DNA from: Magallana gigas
Taxonomy: Eukaryota
DNA: 64,000 nt
NCBI RefSeq assembly: GCF_963853765.1
Contig: NC_088856.1
Span: forward strand, 14,322,001-14,386,000
Direction of reading: 5' to 3'
Numbering within the stretch: position 1 is the stretch's first letter; each line of letters opens with the position of its first letter. Made by a program: the position numbers and the translations under genes. The notes beneath the pieces were generated by a model, which worked only from the letters and a program-made list of their open reading frames with translations, was not told the DNA's origin and searched no databases. Positions 25,570 to 39,000 of the stretch are shown in pieces.

Positions 25570-26740
25570 CATAGCGTTTTATAATGTTCAGGAAATCAAT
25601 ATATAAGCAACCTTTGTCAATAAACGCATGTATACATGCATGTGTGTATCTATATACAGCAAAACTCGGTTATAACGAAGTCACTGGGACCTAAGAAATT
25701 ACTTCGTTATATCCGTAATTCGTTATAACCGTATAAAAAATTCATGAAATTTACATAGCTGGGGATCCAAGATGACTTCGCTATATCCGTAAATTCGCAA
25801 TATTCGTGTTCGTACTAAACGAGTTTTACTATATGGGATTAAATACTAAGCAGTCCTCCTTTTTAAGCCGAGTAGAATAACTTGGGTGCATTGCTAAATG
25901 TTGTGTGCATACAGTCATTGAGTTGGCGGCATTTCTTTGATGCCGGCAAAGCGACCAAGCGAACTCTAATGCGGGCGAACTGCACTTCGGCGGCATGTCT
26001 TTGATGTCGGCGATGCGACGAGCGTCGTAATATAGAGAGCTGCTGACAGAAAAGAGCTCTATATTTGTACTAAAAAAAGCCGCTATCTTTTTTTATTTAT
26101 GACAAAAATAAAACTGAAAATATTCAAATCCATCATTTTAAAGATAAACCCATTCATCAAAACACAAATGAGAGAGAATAAAGATTCGGCACTCGGGGAC
26201 TGAACCCGGGTCGCCTGGGCACAAGTCCACCACTCTAACGACTGAGCTACGCGGACCCTCGCTTCAGAACTTTGGAGTCCAAAATCTCAAGAATGCGTGG
26301 ATTGATTTTAATACGAATTTCATATTCTGAAGTTTTGAGAGCGTCTCTATCGAATGAAAAACTAAAAAAAATTCAAATCCAAAAAATTAAAAAATTAAGG
26401 TTTTTCATTTCCTTCCGGTGACGACCGGAAGTGACGGCGGACGTTCGGATATGCGAAGGGCACTGCAGCCGTTCACTCTCTACCTTCTCTGAAAATTTGA
26501 AAGTCCTCTCTTCAATACTTTTTGAGAAAAATTGTGAACAAGCAAAAACATAAAATCTTTAATATCTCGGTACCGGAAGTGACGACTAAAAAAATCTCGT
26601 GTAATTTTCTTACAAATTTTGTCATGAGTAAGATCTGAAAGTTTCACGAAAATCGGCTGAAGCGTTTTTGAGAAAACGTGACAGAAAAAAAAAATAATAA
26701 TAATAATAATAATAGAGGAAAAGAAACAAAGCAAAAACAA

Positions 26741-26771
<31 letters not shown>

Positions 26772-29700
26772 ATAATAATAATAGAGGAAAAGAAACAAAG
26801 CAAAAACAATAAGGTTTTCCGTTTCCAACGGAAGACCTTAATAATACAACGTCGATATATTTATACATGTATGAACTTTACAATGTCTGGTATTTACACA
26901 AAAATCATTGTAGTAGATGTACTTTAAACCAAAGAGTCAAAATAGATATAGAGTTGTAAATAAATAAAATCGTTTCAATAATTTCGTATAACAGTATCAA
27001 TTTTAATCCCTCTAAAGATTTGTTGAAAGTGAATTTCTATTGACGCAATCAAACACCTTTACATTCATCTACTTTATTGTGTACTAGTATGTTCTTGAAA
27101 GAAACTTAATTCTTTGATTTATTTGAACGAGTTGAATGTATTTTATAATTGTATTACTATAGTTATGTTCGGTGCAATATTTTCACTGTATATTACTTTT
27201 AAATCAAAAAATCAACAACTGAGTTTTAAGTCCACCCAAAATTCGTGAAGCCGTGATTCATATTATACATTGTATGGTTTTTATTTAATTTATTGGATAT
27301 GAATACAAATTTTATTTTTGTAGCATTATTGTAGCATTATATAAGGATGATTTGCCAATCCTTTAAATTTTGGACAAATATTTTCTGATACAGTGTTTCA
27401 ACTTATTTTTTTACCACAACAGCATGTTTAAACATTGCACAGTTATTCTTTGAAAGAGAGTAGATGCGCAGGGGAATAATAATCTTTGTTAAGGATGTTA
27501 TTTATTCAGAGTTTGAATTATTAAATTTGGATTGTTTAAAAGTAAAGTTTCTGTCTGTTAGTCAATGATTTTTTGGCATAATATATGTAAACTTAGAGTA
27601 TAGTTTGAGTTATTCATTATCTATCAATATAAGTTGTATCAATTTGTCATGTTTAGCAAATTAAAAGAAGAAATTTGGATTGCAATATTTAAGAAGAACT
27701 TAATTTCTTTTTCAACTACATTTACCCTTCAATCTGTTATATTTTTACAATTACTAAAAACTATATCATATGTCCTATTTTATGGTACATGTATTTTTTA
27801 TTAATTTTATAAAATATTCCATGGCCACTTACTAATAAAGTATGCCATTAACCTAGTACTTGAAAGTGAAAATAACAATACAATTAAAGCTCTATAACTT
27901 ACAAAATATAGGTCTACATTATGATCAGTCGATGTTTTATTTCTTTTCATCGGAGAAAACAACATCCTTTCATACTTAACATTACTTTCTATTTTTTCTT
28001 AACCGATTTGTTTTCTTCCATGCGTTTGTGGCATCGCATGCACGAATGACAATGCCCAGTGGGCCATCAGGCGTGTTGAAGCGTGGACAACGCTTTAGTG
28101 CTGGATAATCGTATTTTAATGCATAGCATACCATTTTTTCTGTCCCGTATCCACTGCAGAAGAAAAATCATCATAATAATGATTACAGATAGAGCCAATG
28201 TCACAGTTACAGATACCACTATATCCACAGTGCACCCAACAACACAGGCGTTATCTTTTTGGTTGTCTGTATCGATGCTGTTGTTGGAATTGTTGGAATA
28301 GTTATATTCATTTTTGTTGTTTTTGTCAGTTATATAGTTGGAATAGTTGTGTGTCTTTGTCATGTTCTCCATAAATCTTAAAATAAAAATATGATAATGA
28401 TTAGTAACAGTATTATAATGCATGTCACGTAGATAAAAATGCATACATATTTACAATGCTTTAAAGGCTTTGGATGTGTTATGGAATATCTTCAGTACTG
28501 ATGATTCCTTTCTAACACAGTTTATTTCTTATATCTTTATACCATGATCAATATCTTTTAAGTTACATGTAATTTCCTTATTTTCAGGACTTTTCAGGAT
28601 ATTAGGATATAATCTCCTTTACAATAAAATATCAGTTGGCTTATTACTAATTTTGGTATTTCCTTTAGTCTTTATTTATTTATTTTGAAATCTACAGAAA
28701 ACTTAGCATTCAAATTGTATAGCTAACCTTGACACAATACATTCCATGTCCGCACTAAAGCATCCAAATTGTGGGTTTATATTTGTGCACAGTGGATCTG
28801 TATAATAAGAAGTAGATTAAATGTGAATGAATTTCTGAGAAATTTCGAAAACTATTCTGACAAAGTATTTTTTGCGTATCCGAAATTTTTAACGAATATT
28901 ATAAATAAATCAGGTCTCCTTGTGTACATTACGACGTCCGTTACAATTTGTTAGGAGACAACAACCCCTATTCATCATCTTTTTTAATTTTTTTTTACAC
29001 TTTTCACACTTTTTAACATCCATGTTACATGTTTAAAAATGTAAACTTGTTTTCTGCTTCGTGAACGGATGTATAACACTACAAATGGAAGTCCATATAA
29101 TGTGACCTTTTATCAAACGCAATTAACCTGCTGTGATTTGTTGTTGTTGTTTCAAAAAGTAGACAAGAGATATGATAACAAGACATGAAAAAGGAATAAA
29201 ATCAAAATTCAGTCACGTGTGCACCTTGCTGGATAACAAGTTCAGCCGAATTGCGTTATATCTCACCGACGTTTCTGTTCGACGTCCGTTATCATTATCC
29301 AGAAAGGTATGTCAGGAACATTTAACCTTATCATTTCATTAACCATAGAAAACAAATTAATAACAATTATTGATTTCCTCGATAGATTTATTAGGTGTAT
29401 TTTATAAGAGATAAAAATCGTTTTCGATAGGATGCAACCTCTACCTCAGACTATAGTCTGTCCCAAGTAATTGTTTCTATCATTTTTTGGGGATGATTTT
29501 TAATAAAGAATACACACACCTGTGAAAGAAATACAGTTGATATCGATAAAAGGGAAAATATACAAGATATCTTCATTGACACATTTTCATTTTTCACTCA
29601 TAAAAGTTCAAAGAAACGAAAAAGATTTCTTACGAAGATTTATAATAGGAATGTTTACAATTTTTTTCCATTCGTAACTACTCGGAATACCTCGCACAAT

Positions 29701-32056
29701 TTCTCGACGTTATCATTCAGGCCAGACTTTTTTTTTTTTGGGGGGGGGGGGGGGGGTATAGTGTATTAAAACCTGAAGGATAGAGGAGGCGTTTCAAAAC
29801 AGATAATCTGGATAAAGTGTTGGAAGCAAAAACTCAGGACAGAGTATTATAATTTTAACTCTAACCACTGTAAAATCAAAACCACCTTGTTGAAATAGTT
29901 TCATGAAAATTACAATTTTTAGTCGGGAGTCTTTTTGAAGATTTTCAAACTTGTAAATGAAGAGTTTAAATGCTTTTAAACATATTTCTTTCCTTGATAC
30001 ATGTACCTGTACTAACATTTGTAGAGTTCGTTGCTGAAGTAGAATTCATCAGGACAACCACAAAGGAAGGTCTTGTCGCATTTTACATGATTTAGAATAC
30101 CAACGTCTGCTAGTTCTAAACAGTTACCTGTAAAGTATGCGTGTTGGTAGAAAGTATTGAAAATAAGCTTTGCAGCAAAAAGACATCGCCTTTCCCTTAA
30201 ATCTTATTAATCATTGCATCAACATAGTATATAACATATTTTAGCATCAACATTAATTATCTTGAAAGACTACATTTTTCAAAGTTAAAAACATACTGTC
30301 AATTATTTATTATTTCCAAAGAGTTGCAGTTTGCCTTTTACACACTTTATCAAGAGACAGTACAGATATAATTATAGTACCCTTGTGAAATGGAATCTTT
30401 TCTCCCCTTGGATAACAAAATTCAATGAGAGATGTAAAGTTTTTGTTAGGTACACAGTGATATCCATGTGTTGTGTTGCAGTTTAACCGAAGTGATGCGT
30501 TGGTACTTTCTTCCGTGTTTCGAGGACAGACTTCAACAGGGAAAACTTCAAATTCATAATCGGAAAACTGCAATTATATTGATAAATTAGATAATAAAAT
30601 ACTTTAAAGGGCATGGTCACGATTTTGGTCAATAAATCATTATTTACAATGCTTTGGGAATGCATTTCTAATAATCAAATGAAATTTGAGAGTCGGTCGT
30701 TAAGTTATAAGCAATTCTTTGCAATGTAAACAAGTTCCGTGCCCTGTTTGTGTTTACATAGGTTCAAGATACCGGTAAAAAAAAATCAAGCAGATTTTTT
30801 TTATCTTCTCATTCATTTTAGGGCATTCATTAACAGTTCTAACGTTTAACACATTCATTTTAGGTCTAAAATTGGAATTTCACTTCAACATTCAAAACGT
30901 AAACGAAAGCTTTGATTACATAGCAAATAATTGTAAGCTCTGTAACTCGCTTATAACTCAACGACTGACACTCAAATTTTGGTTGCCTATTAAATATGCC
31001 ATAAAATCGGAAAAATAATTTTTGACCAAAATCGTCACTATGCCCCCTTAAAAAAGATTTACATTTATCGTATTTCTCGTACGTGTATCTGTGGATAATT
31101 ATATCCTTTTTAAATTCAACACAATTCAATGGTACATTTTGCTTTATTCAAGATAGGGATGTTACTAAGAAAAACAATACTGACTGCAAAACGTTTATCA
31201 GTTAAAGTCTGATATTTGTTATTCAGAAATCTCAGTTCTAACTTATTTAATATCATTGGATAATTTGCTTATTTAACAGAAAAAATAAACCAAGACTTTG
31301 TTTTAAGTGGTATGTAATTCTCTTCAATTTTGAAAGATTCATTTTATAACGTGTTCAAATGCTATGCCATGTTAAAACATTTTTCTTTGGCTTTTTGATG
31401 CAAAATACGTCATTTTAAAAGTAATTAGTAAATAATCGACACGATAATCGACATTATAACATGTTAAAGATATTCCATGGAAGATATTCATCGCATGATA
31501 AGTTAAACATCTGGTATAACAAAAGAAATCATACTTTAAAAATCCCTGCAAGAATATTGTTGAGAATTAAATTCAGTTTTAAAAACTATAATTTCCCGTC
31601 TTTCCTACAACAGGGAATTAGACGTTCGCCTAAGCAGTAAGTAATTTACCAAAGTATGTTTTTTGTCAGGTTCTATATAGATGTTAGAAGGTTCTTAAGA
31701 GCAATGTAAAATAAAAACCACTAAGACAGACAACAGATGATCGGAAAATCGTACGAAACTGATAATAAAATTGTATCCAACTGTACTTATATAACAAATG
31801 TACATGTTTTTGGTGGGTTTCATAAATACCATCGGTATTATTTGCAGAAATTGTATTATAAAACTTTTACAAAGAAAATATATTAGAATATGAGTTGGAT
31901 TCATGCATTATTTTAAAAGATTGAGCAAAAACTGATTGAAGTTTCGCATTCCTTTGATCAATTAATGTACTTATTAGCTAGGGATAGGTGTTTCATTTTA
32001 CTTACCGATATAACTAATATTGATAGTATCAGAATCAGAACTGCAGACCAAAACAT
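21736..32056 (-). CDS. Receptor paralog C, complete: signal peptide - Cys-rich ectodomain - stalk - TM - linker - about 10 ankyrin repeats (about 675 aa)
   Basis: Seven exons, all GT-AG with compatible phases: 32056-32006 (MFWSAVLILILSILVIS), 30567-30381, 30127-30017, 28797-28728, 28376-28132 (TM VVSVTVTLALSVIIIMMIFLL), 24166-24047 and 22979-21736. Total 2028 nt, open. Further micro-exons cannot be excluded. Confidence 0.88.
24380..24637. repeat. Tandem duplication of a 130-bp unit (intron of C)
   Basis: AGAAAATTAGACAAAAAGGAGAG...GCGAAATAATTCCC occurs twice, at 24386 and 24516. Confidence 0.9.
25657..25831. mobile_element. Tc1/pogo-type MITE
   Basis: ta|CAGCAAAACTCGGTTATAACGAA ... AAACGAGTTTTACTA|ta, with internal TTCGTTATA repeats. 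Confidence 0.7.
26186..26258 (-). mobile_element. tRNA-derived (SINE-like) sequence, not a functional tRNA
   Basis: Minus strand GGGTCCGCGTAGCTCAGTCGTTAGAGTGGTGGACTTGTGCCCAGGCGACCCGGGTTCAGTCCCCGAG has A-box and degenerate B-box, but poor anticodon and acceptor stems. Confidence 0.6.
26400..26845. mobile_element. Helentron/HINE-like element with duplicated terminal hairpin
   Basis: The end unit (AAT)n-AGAGGAAAAGAAACAAAGCAAAAACAATAAGGTCTTCCGTTTCCAACGGAAGACCTT is present twice in tandem. A related hairpin lies at about 24258-24290. Confidence 0.6.
30608..31047. mobile_element. Intact TTAA-flanked MITE (Kolobok-like), intron 1 of C
   Basis: ttaa|AGGGCATGGTCACGATTTTGGTCAA ... TTGACCAAAATCGTCACTATGCCCCC|ttaa. 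Confidence 0.8.
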
Positions 32057-32352
32057 ACCGACTGAAAAATAACACAATAATTTTACATAGTAGTATGTGT
32101 TTGCATCTCCATAAAACATAATTTAAATAGATATACCGTGTTTAAGCGGCATGGTCACGATTTTGGTCAAAATTTATTCTATTTTTTGCAGTGCTTAAGT
32201 AATGCATTTCTACTGTTCAACTAAAGTTTGAATGTCTTTTGTGCTCGCGCCATGTTTTGTTCACCTTAGTTCAATTAACCGGTAATCGTTCCTTTTTCAA
32301 AGTTGATTGTTCTGCTAATAGGTTTTAAACATGAATAAAAGGATTTAACCAT

Positions 32353-32634
32353 TCACAAGCAATTTGGCTTGCCAAAGAGGAAAAATCGAGAGCCGGCCAA
32401 GCCAACGACAAGGTCTAAGAGGCAACCCAGGCGCCAAGATGGGGCAGCTGCCGCTAACTCCCAAGCCCAGTCAGCGCCCATACCCATTGACCCTGTGGCA
32501 CCAGCACAGACTACAACATCGTTGTTCTCTAGCGAGCAGTTGCCACAGGTGTCCCTAGCGGTGGCGGATATTCTAGGCCAAAATGAGACCCAGCCACTGC
32601 CCATCTAGCCGCTACAGCCAAGCATGGCGGGCCA
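32353..32634 (+). mobile_element. GC-rich ORF1/gag-like fragment of an unclassified element (possibly DIRS/Ngaro); probable other end at about 40310-40715
   Basis: ORF MPKRKNREPAKPTTRSKRQPRR...AQSAPIPIDPVAPAQ is cut by the BEL LTR. Family assignment is weak inference. Confidence 0.3.
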
Positions 32635-33420
32635 TGATCAGTGTATAGGTACAGTGCCTGAAATCATTTCTGACAGTTGTTTTGCCCAAAACACAGAGTT
32701 AAAATCGCAAATGGGTAGTACGTCAATTTGGGTCTTTAAGTTGCTAACTTAGATGGGGTGACCCCAATGATGACATAAAAAGATTTTCTATTAAAGAGGG
32801 TTGTTCTGGATTAAGTGTGTACACTTATTTCCATACTTTATTAGTAAAAAGCTACAAAAGACAAATGAATTGTTGTTACATTACACATACATTTAAAAAC
32901 ATAATAACATTGACAATAATGCGACCCCATACATTTCCGTATATAAATGTATTAATGACTCAAACTGCTTTCCATAGATATAAGTTTCATCAGCAACCAC
33001 GTGTTTAGCAAACCCTTCCGAAATAACTACATTGACATTTACTTATGCATCGTAAATCTGCCAAGAACTTATGCTGCATGAGAAAATACAGCTTTATATT
33101 GGTTGCTTATACAATAAAACAATTGCATGCTATGCAAAACATGAATCTGCGCACTATGCAGAAAATAGGTCATGTCGGCCGATAGACATCAGGGAGAAAT
33201 ACAGAACTATAATGAGAATGCAAATTTATACAATCTAAATCTAAATTGAGCTCAAATCTCTGGAAAGATACATATACAATGAGATAAACATGTACTTACA
33301 CTATGGCACTACACAATTCACACAAAATGAGAAATTGCTCTGTAGCAAAACAGCTCGGCTCCGGCCGACATGTGAAACTCAAAATGTTTACTTAACAATT
33401 CGTACGTTTCTTACACATCA
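32635..33420 (-). repeat. 3' LTR of the BEL/Pao element (about 786 bp)
   Basis: Bounded by TGAT...ATCA and immediately preceded on the minus strand by polypurine tract AGGCGGGGAG (33421-33430). No 5' LTR was found near 40270. Confidence 0.65.
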
Positions 33421-33599
33421 CTCCCCGCCTAATATCCCAAGGATATTATAATCATACAAAATCTTAAAAATCATATGACACAAAAGTAGATGATTAAACT
33501 AAAGCACACTAATAAATTGAACAGGTTCAGTTAATCAGTAGCACCAATTCCGTTATTGGTTGAATATATGTTGTAACCTTGTCATACTGTTTTGACAAA

Positions 33600-34615
33600 A
33601 TATCGTATATCATCTGTTAAAAATTTGTATGATAATCATATGTTCCTTTTATATGATATTATAAGATACAATGTTTATCAATGCAATAATATAAAATACA
33701 ATATTGCATCTTATCATACTTATAATATATATCATATAATACATTAAAATACTGTAATAAACAATGATTAGATATGATATTGTAACATATGATATGAAAT
33801 TGTATTGTGTTATGAATAATTGTATTTTATCACATAATACAATATCATAATATATAATATCTAATACAATATAGTATTGTATGATACAATATTTTATCAC
33901 ATGATACATCATAATATTGTAACATATGATATTATATTGTATAATATAGTTTGATATTGTATTGTATGATACAGTATCATATTTAATACATAATATGATA
34001 TTGAATCATATGATACAATAGAATTTGATACATCATATCAAATGGTACAATATCATGTGATATAGTAAAATATTATATAATCCAATTATATATGATCCAT
34101 ATTGTATCATATGATACAATAATATATATTACAATATCATTTAATAAAATATCATGTGATATAATCAAATATAATATAAACAAATATCTATTATACAATA
34201 CCGTATGATACGATATTACGCAATATAACGATAACATATAATACAATTTCATGTAATTTAATACTATTTCATAGAAACCAAAATCATATTATACAATATC
34301 ATATGATAAAATTTTATAAAATGTACAATATTGCATCATACAATACAATATTATATATTGCAGTATCATATGTAACTGTATCATGTGATAATATAATAAA
34401 TAAATATTACAATATCATATATACAAAACTATAGATAACAATATCATGATACAATATCATATCATAAAACATCAAAAAAAAATTGATACAATATTATATC
34501 ATATAGTTTTTTACAATATAACATATGATATTATGTTGTATCATTTTAAACAATAGTGTATCATATTATACAATACTTTATCAAAAGAATCATGTAATAT
34601 CATTTAACAACAAAC
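33600..34615. repeat. AT-rich low-complexity array of degenerate ATATC/ATACA pentamers
   Basis: Direct reading; occupies part of the position of the BEL integrase core. Confidence 0.85.
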
Positions 34616-34656
34616 ACTTCTTTCTACCAAGGAGGTTTGAGAGAGGTCGGAGATTT

Positions 34657-36018
34657 TGTTAGCATCCTTCATAATGGGGATCAGGTTCTGCATCTGAAGC
34701 TGCCTCTGCGTTTTATTTATAATTTAGTTCAATCTTCTATGCAAGCTATTATCTAAAACATGTGAACTGTTCCAAACTAAACCATATCCAGCATCCGAAA
34801 CCTGTGGCTCAGTTTCAGCATTCAAGCCTGTCAGGTGCATCAGTATCAAAAGACGTATTATCCATGCAAGTTTGGTGAAGTTGGGACCAGTTATAACTAA
34901 CATATCATCATCAGAGGTCACCTGTTTCAAAAACTTTAACCAGCTAATAAAACCTTAACCACCTCCAGCATCCGAAACCTATGGCTCAGATTCAGCACCC
35001 ATGCCTGTCAGGTGCATCAGGATCATAAGACATACCATCCATTCAAGTTTGGTGAAGTTAGGAGCAGTAATAACTAAGATATAGTTTTTAGCATCCTTGA
35101 TAATGGAGATCAAGCTCTGCAACTGAAGCTACCTCCATGCGATTCATTCATATTATAGTTTAATCAACTATGCAGGTTTGAAATGCATTGTAGTACTATT
35201 ATCTATTTAACATGTGACCTGTTTCAAAACCTTATCCAGCATCCGAAACCTGTGGCTTAGATTCAGCATCAAGGCTGTCAGGTGCATCAGTATCATAAGA
35301 CGCACCATCTATGCAAGTTTGGTCAGGTTAGGACAAGTAATAAAAATATAATAAGATATCAACATCAGAGGGCACCTGAATCAAAAACTTTAACCAGTTC
35401 TTTAAACCTTAACCTCATCCAGCATCTAAAACCTATGGCTCAGATTCAGCATTCAAGCCTGTATGGTGCACCGGTATCATAAGACGCACCATCCGTGCAA
35501 GTTTGGTGAAGTTAAGACCAGTAGTAACTGGCTAATAAAGTTTGGTGAAGTTAAGACCAGTAGTAACTGGGATTTAATCATCAGAGGGCACATGCAACAA
35601 AAAACTTTAACCAGCTCTAAAAACCTTTACCTCCTCCAGCATCCGAAACCCATAGTTCAGATTCAGCATTCAAGCCTGTCTGGTGCATCAGTATTATAAG
35701 ACACACCATCCATGCAAGTTTGGTGAAGTTAGGACCAGCAGATAGATATTGCTATCAAAGGGCACCTGCAACAAAAACTTTAACCTGTTCCAAAAACCTT
35801 AACCTCCTCCAGCATCTTTACGTTAGGACCCAGATTCAACATCCAAGTCTTTCAAGTCCATAAGTATGTCCAGATGCATCATCCGTGCAACTTTGGTGAA
35901 GATAGGACAAGTAATAACTTAGATACAGGATCTGCAACAAAAACTTTAACCAGGTCTTGACGCCGACGTCGGGGGTATAGCATAAACTCCCCTTGACTTC
36001 GTCTCGGTGAGCTAAAAA
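34657..36018 (-). mobile_element. Helentron-associated (HINE-like) elements with internal 175-190-bp satellite
   Basis: About 6 units of CCAGCATCCGAAACC...GGTGCATCAGTATCATAAGAC...AAGTTTGGTGAAGTTAGGACC. Terminus TTTTTAGCTCACCGAGACGAAG (minus). The opposite terminus TAGCATCCTT..AATGG.GATCA.G.TCTGCA..TGAAGCT occurs at both about 34660 and 35088. Confidence 0.7.
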
Positions 36019-39000
36019 GTACCCCCCCCCCCATCTCTTGCTGTGCGAAAATTCTCCTCGGGTCTTGCGCTCAGCTACAGTCCACGGGCCAAACACATCG
36101 ACACCTATTGCTGAGAAAGGAGGACCAGGCGACAGTCTGTCTACAGGTAAGTCACTCATACGCTAGTGTTCCAGTTTTCCTCAGAGTTTCCGTCAGGTAA
36201 CGCACTTGTGTATTACTGAGTCATTGCATCTTCTGATATAAGTCTTCCTTGGTGATAAACTTTACTGTGGAAATGGGGCACAATAAGTCTTGCAACATGA
36301 GATTTTCCAGGGATGATTACTTGGTTCTTCTCATCAACAGGAAGGTTAGATTGGCTGAGGCGTCCGCCAACACGTACAATGCCCTGCTTGTCCATAAATG
36401 GGTCCAAGGTTACAATGCTGCTTGAAAGTGGTACAGGTTTACCGTTCATTAAGAACATTATTTCTTTCTTGTAAAAGAAATCTTGTACGTCCTGAAGGAT
36501 GAAATGCTCAGCTTCTTGCATGACCTCAACATCAAACGTTGGTGAATCTGTAGCTCCTCTTTTCAATCTGCAAATCGTCTTCAGATTATAAACAGCACGC
36601 ACCAAACTTTTCCAAGTTGAGAAGTGTTCAAATCTTGCCAAAAATGGTGTGCATATTTCTGTTTTCTTCACATTCACTTCTGGACGAACATCTTTGTCTT
36701 CTTCAGGAGAGACCAAAGGAAAGGTAAGAACTTCGTCTTTACTATGAGGAGATCTGAGTAGAAGTGATCCTCTAAGCAAGTCACTCTCTGCCAGCATTTC
36801 TACTGATGTCAAACATCTAGTCTCTATGTCTGCTGGATTCTGCGCAGTTGGTACGTAGTTCCACTGTAGAGGTTTAGAGCGTCAGTGGATGACGCCCATT
36901 CGGTTTGAGACATAGTTGTAAAATCTGCGAGTTTGGTTGTTCAGGTAACTTAGTACTACCTTACTATCTGTGTAGTACGTTGCTGCATCTGGGTCAATAT
37001 CCATGTGTTTGAACACTGTCTGAGCCAACTCTGTGCCTAGGACCGCTGCACAAATTTCGAGACGTGGGATGATTGTAGTCTAAAGTGGGGCTATCTTAGA
37101 CTTCCTAATAACGAATCCAACATGTACATCACCAGAGTTGCTGATTGTACGAAGGTACACCACTGCTGAGATAGCTTTCTCAGGGGCATCTGAGAATAAA
37201 TGTATTTCCCTCAGGTGAGAACGGCTCAAGGAAATCTGTGTAAACATTCTTGGAATGTGCAAGTCCTCTAGAGAGCAGAGGGAGTCCTTCCATCGTGCCC
37301 ACTCTTCCTCTCGGTCACTAGGTAAGAGATCATCCCAACTACTATTGCACTCGTCCACTTCTCTATACAGAATTCTGCCATGTATCACTATAGGTGCAAT
37401 AAAATCCAAAGGGTCAAAAAAGCTGTTGACAACAGAAAGAAGCCCTCGCTTTGTGAAGGGTTTTTCCAGAATGCATATGTTGTATGTGAAGCTGTCCGAG
37501 TTTATGTCCCACGACAGGCCTAGACTGTGCTGGACAGGCAAATCATTGGATCAAATGTCCAGGGACATAAAGTTCTTTTCCAGGTCCTCAGACGGAAAAG
37601 CTTCAATGACTTCCACATCGTTTGACACAATCTTATGGAGTCTGATTCTTGCATTCTTCAACGCACCTTGAGTCCTCCTTAGCAAACTAATGGTCTCTGT
37701 ACTAGAAGGCAACGAGATAAGGCCATCGTCCACATAAAAGTTCTTCATCACGTAGTTCTTCACATCACTGTCTTCATTCTCTACTGTTTCCGTAGACCAT
37801 AAGTGGCCACTGCCGGTGAAGGTGTGTTCCCGAACACGTGAACCTTCATTCTATACAGTACTCGATAAGTTTTTTCTCCGAGTCATTATTCTTGTACCAG
37901 AAAAATCTTTAAAAGTCTCTGTCCTCTTTTCTAACAAGGAATGAATAAAACATCTGCTGGATGTCCGCCATGATGGCTACTTTGTCCATACGGAAACGTA
38001 ACAGAACACCAAGCAAGTCGTTCGTTAGATTAGGTCCTGACAGTAAGACACTATTGAGAGAGAGAACTTCAAAGGTCACTGATGAGTCGAAAACACTACA
38101 TATCTTTTCGGTTTTCTTGGATGATATACCCCAAAAAGAGGTAAAAACCAGCACTCCTTTTCTGAAGGAACAAGTGGCACAATCTCTAACGCACCACTCT
38201 CTGTTATGGATTTCATAAATGTGATCATGTGCTCCTTCGTTATCGGGTTCTGCTTAAGGTCCCTGTCTAGCATATGTGCACGCTTCAACGCTTGACTTCT
38301 GTTGTTCGTGAACTGAGGTCTAGGATGCTTGAAAGGAATGGAGCTTTCCATCTCTCGTCTTCATCTTTCACAAATCCATTGTCCATAACACTGAGGAAAT
38401 TACGATCTTCGACAGAGATCCAAACTTCGTCATCATCCTTGTTTCGTTCGAAAATGCTGTACCCAACATCATGTCGGCAGAATGCGACGTCCTCCTTTAG
38501 ATGGAAACTATTAGAACAGGGTTGGAAAATGGACTGCCGTTCACAGGTAAAACGTTGGTCTTTAACACATTAACAGTCGATGGGTTGTGCGACTTGCTGA
38601 GATATACGTCTCCAATGACTAGCCACTCTAGTTTTAACTGCAATGGAAAGGTTGAGTTCTTAGGTCCAAGTCTCTGAGCCAACACATAATGGGCCTCAAG
38701 TAGGTCACGTCCAATTAGAAGTAGACTTTCCGCTTCTGGATCCATGGGAGCTAAAGGTACGTCTTGAAGATTAGGGTGGTGTTTCATTACGTCAAGCGAC
38801 GGTATTTCATGTTTTTCATTGGGAATCTCGTGACACTCGGTAATGGTAGGTAGCTCCATAACAACAGAACCATTAAATATGATATTCTACGACCACTCGT
38901 CTTCATGCGGCCCGCACAAGAGGTAAGTGTAAAGAAATGTGTCTGTGAGTGAGGCACATTCATAAAGTCAAACAGTTCTGATCTTGCCAGCGTCGAGTTG

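Noticed and set aside
26186-26258. Possible tRNA gene
   Set aside because: Acceptor and anticodon stems do not pair well and the B-box is degenerate; treated as a tRNA-derived repeat. The same applies to 60510-60575.
27330-27800. Possible LINE 3' remnant on the minus strand (similar weak signal at 18250-18880)
   Set aside because: Too decayed to support a call without an HMM search.
29225-29310. Exon-like GC-richer stretch in an intron of paralog C
   Set aside because: No equivalent exon exists in B or D, and the flanking exons already join in frame to give the conserved YKYPxC motif.
34657-36018. Regularly spaced repeats resembling a CRISPR array
   Set aside because: Eukaryotic context, 175-190-bp degenerate units with no unique spacers and no cas genes; it is a satellite within Helentron-like elements.
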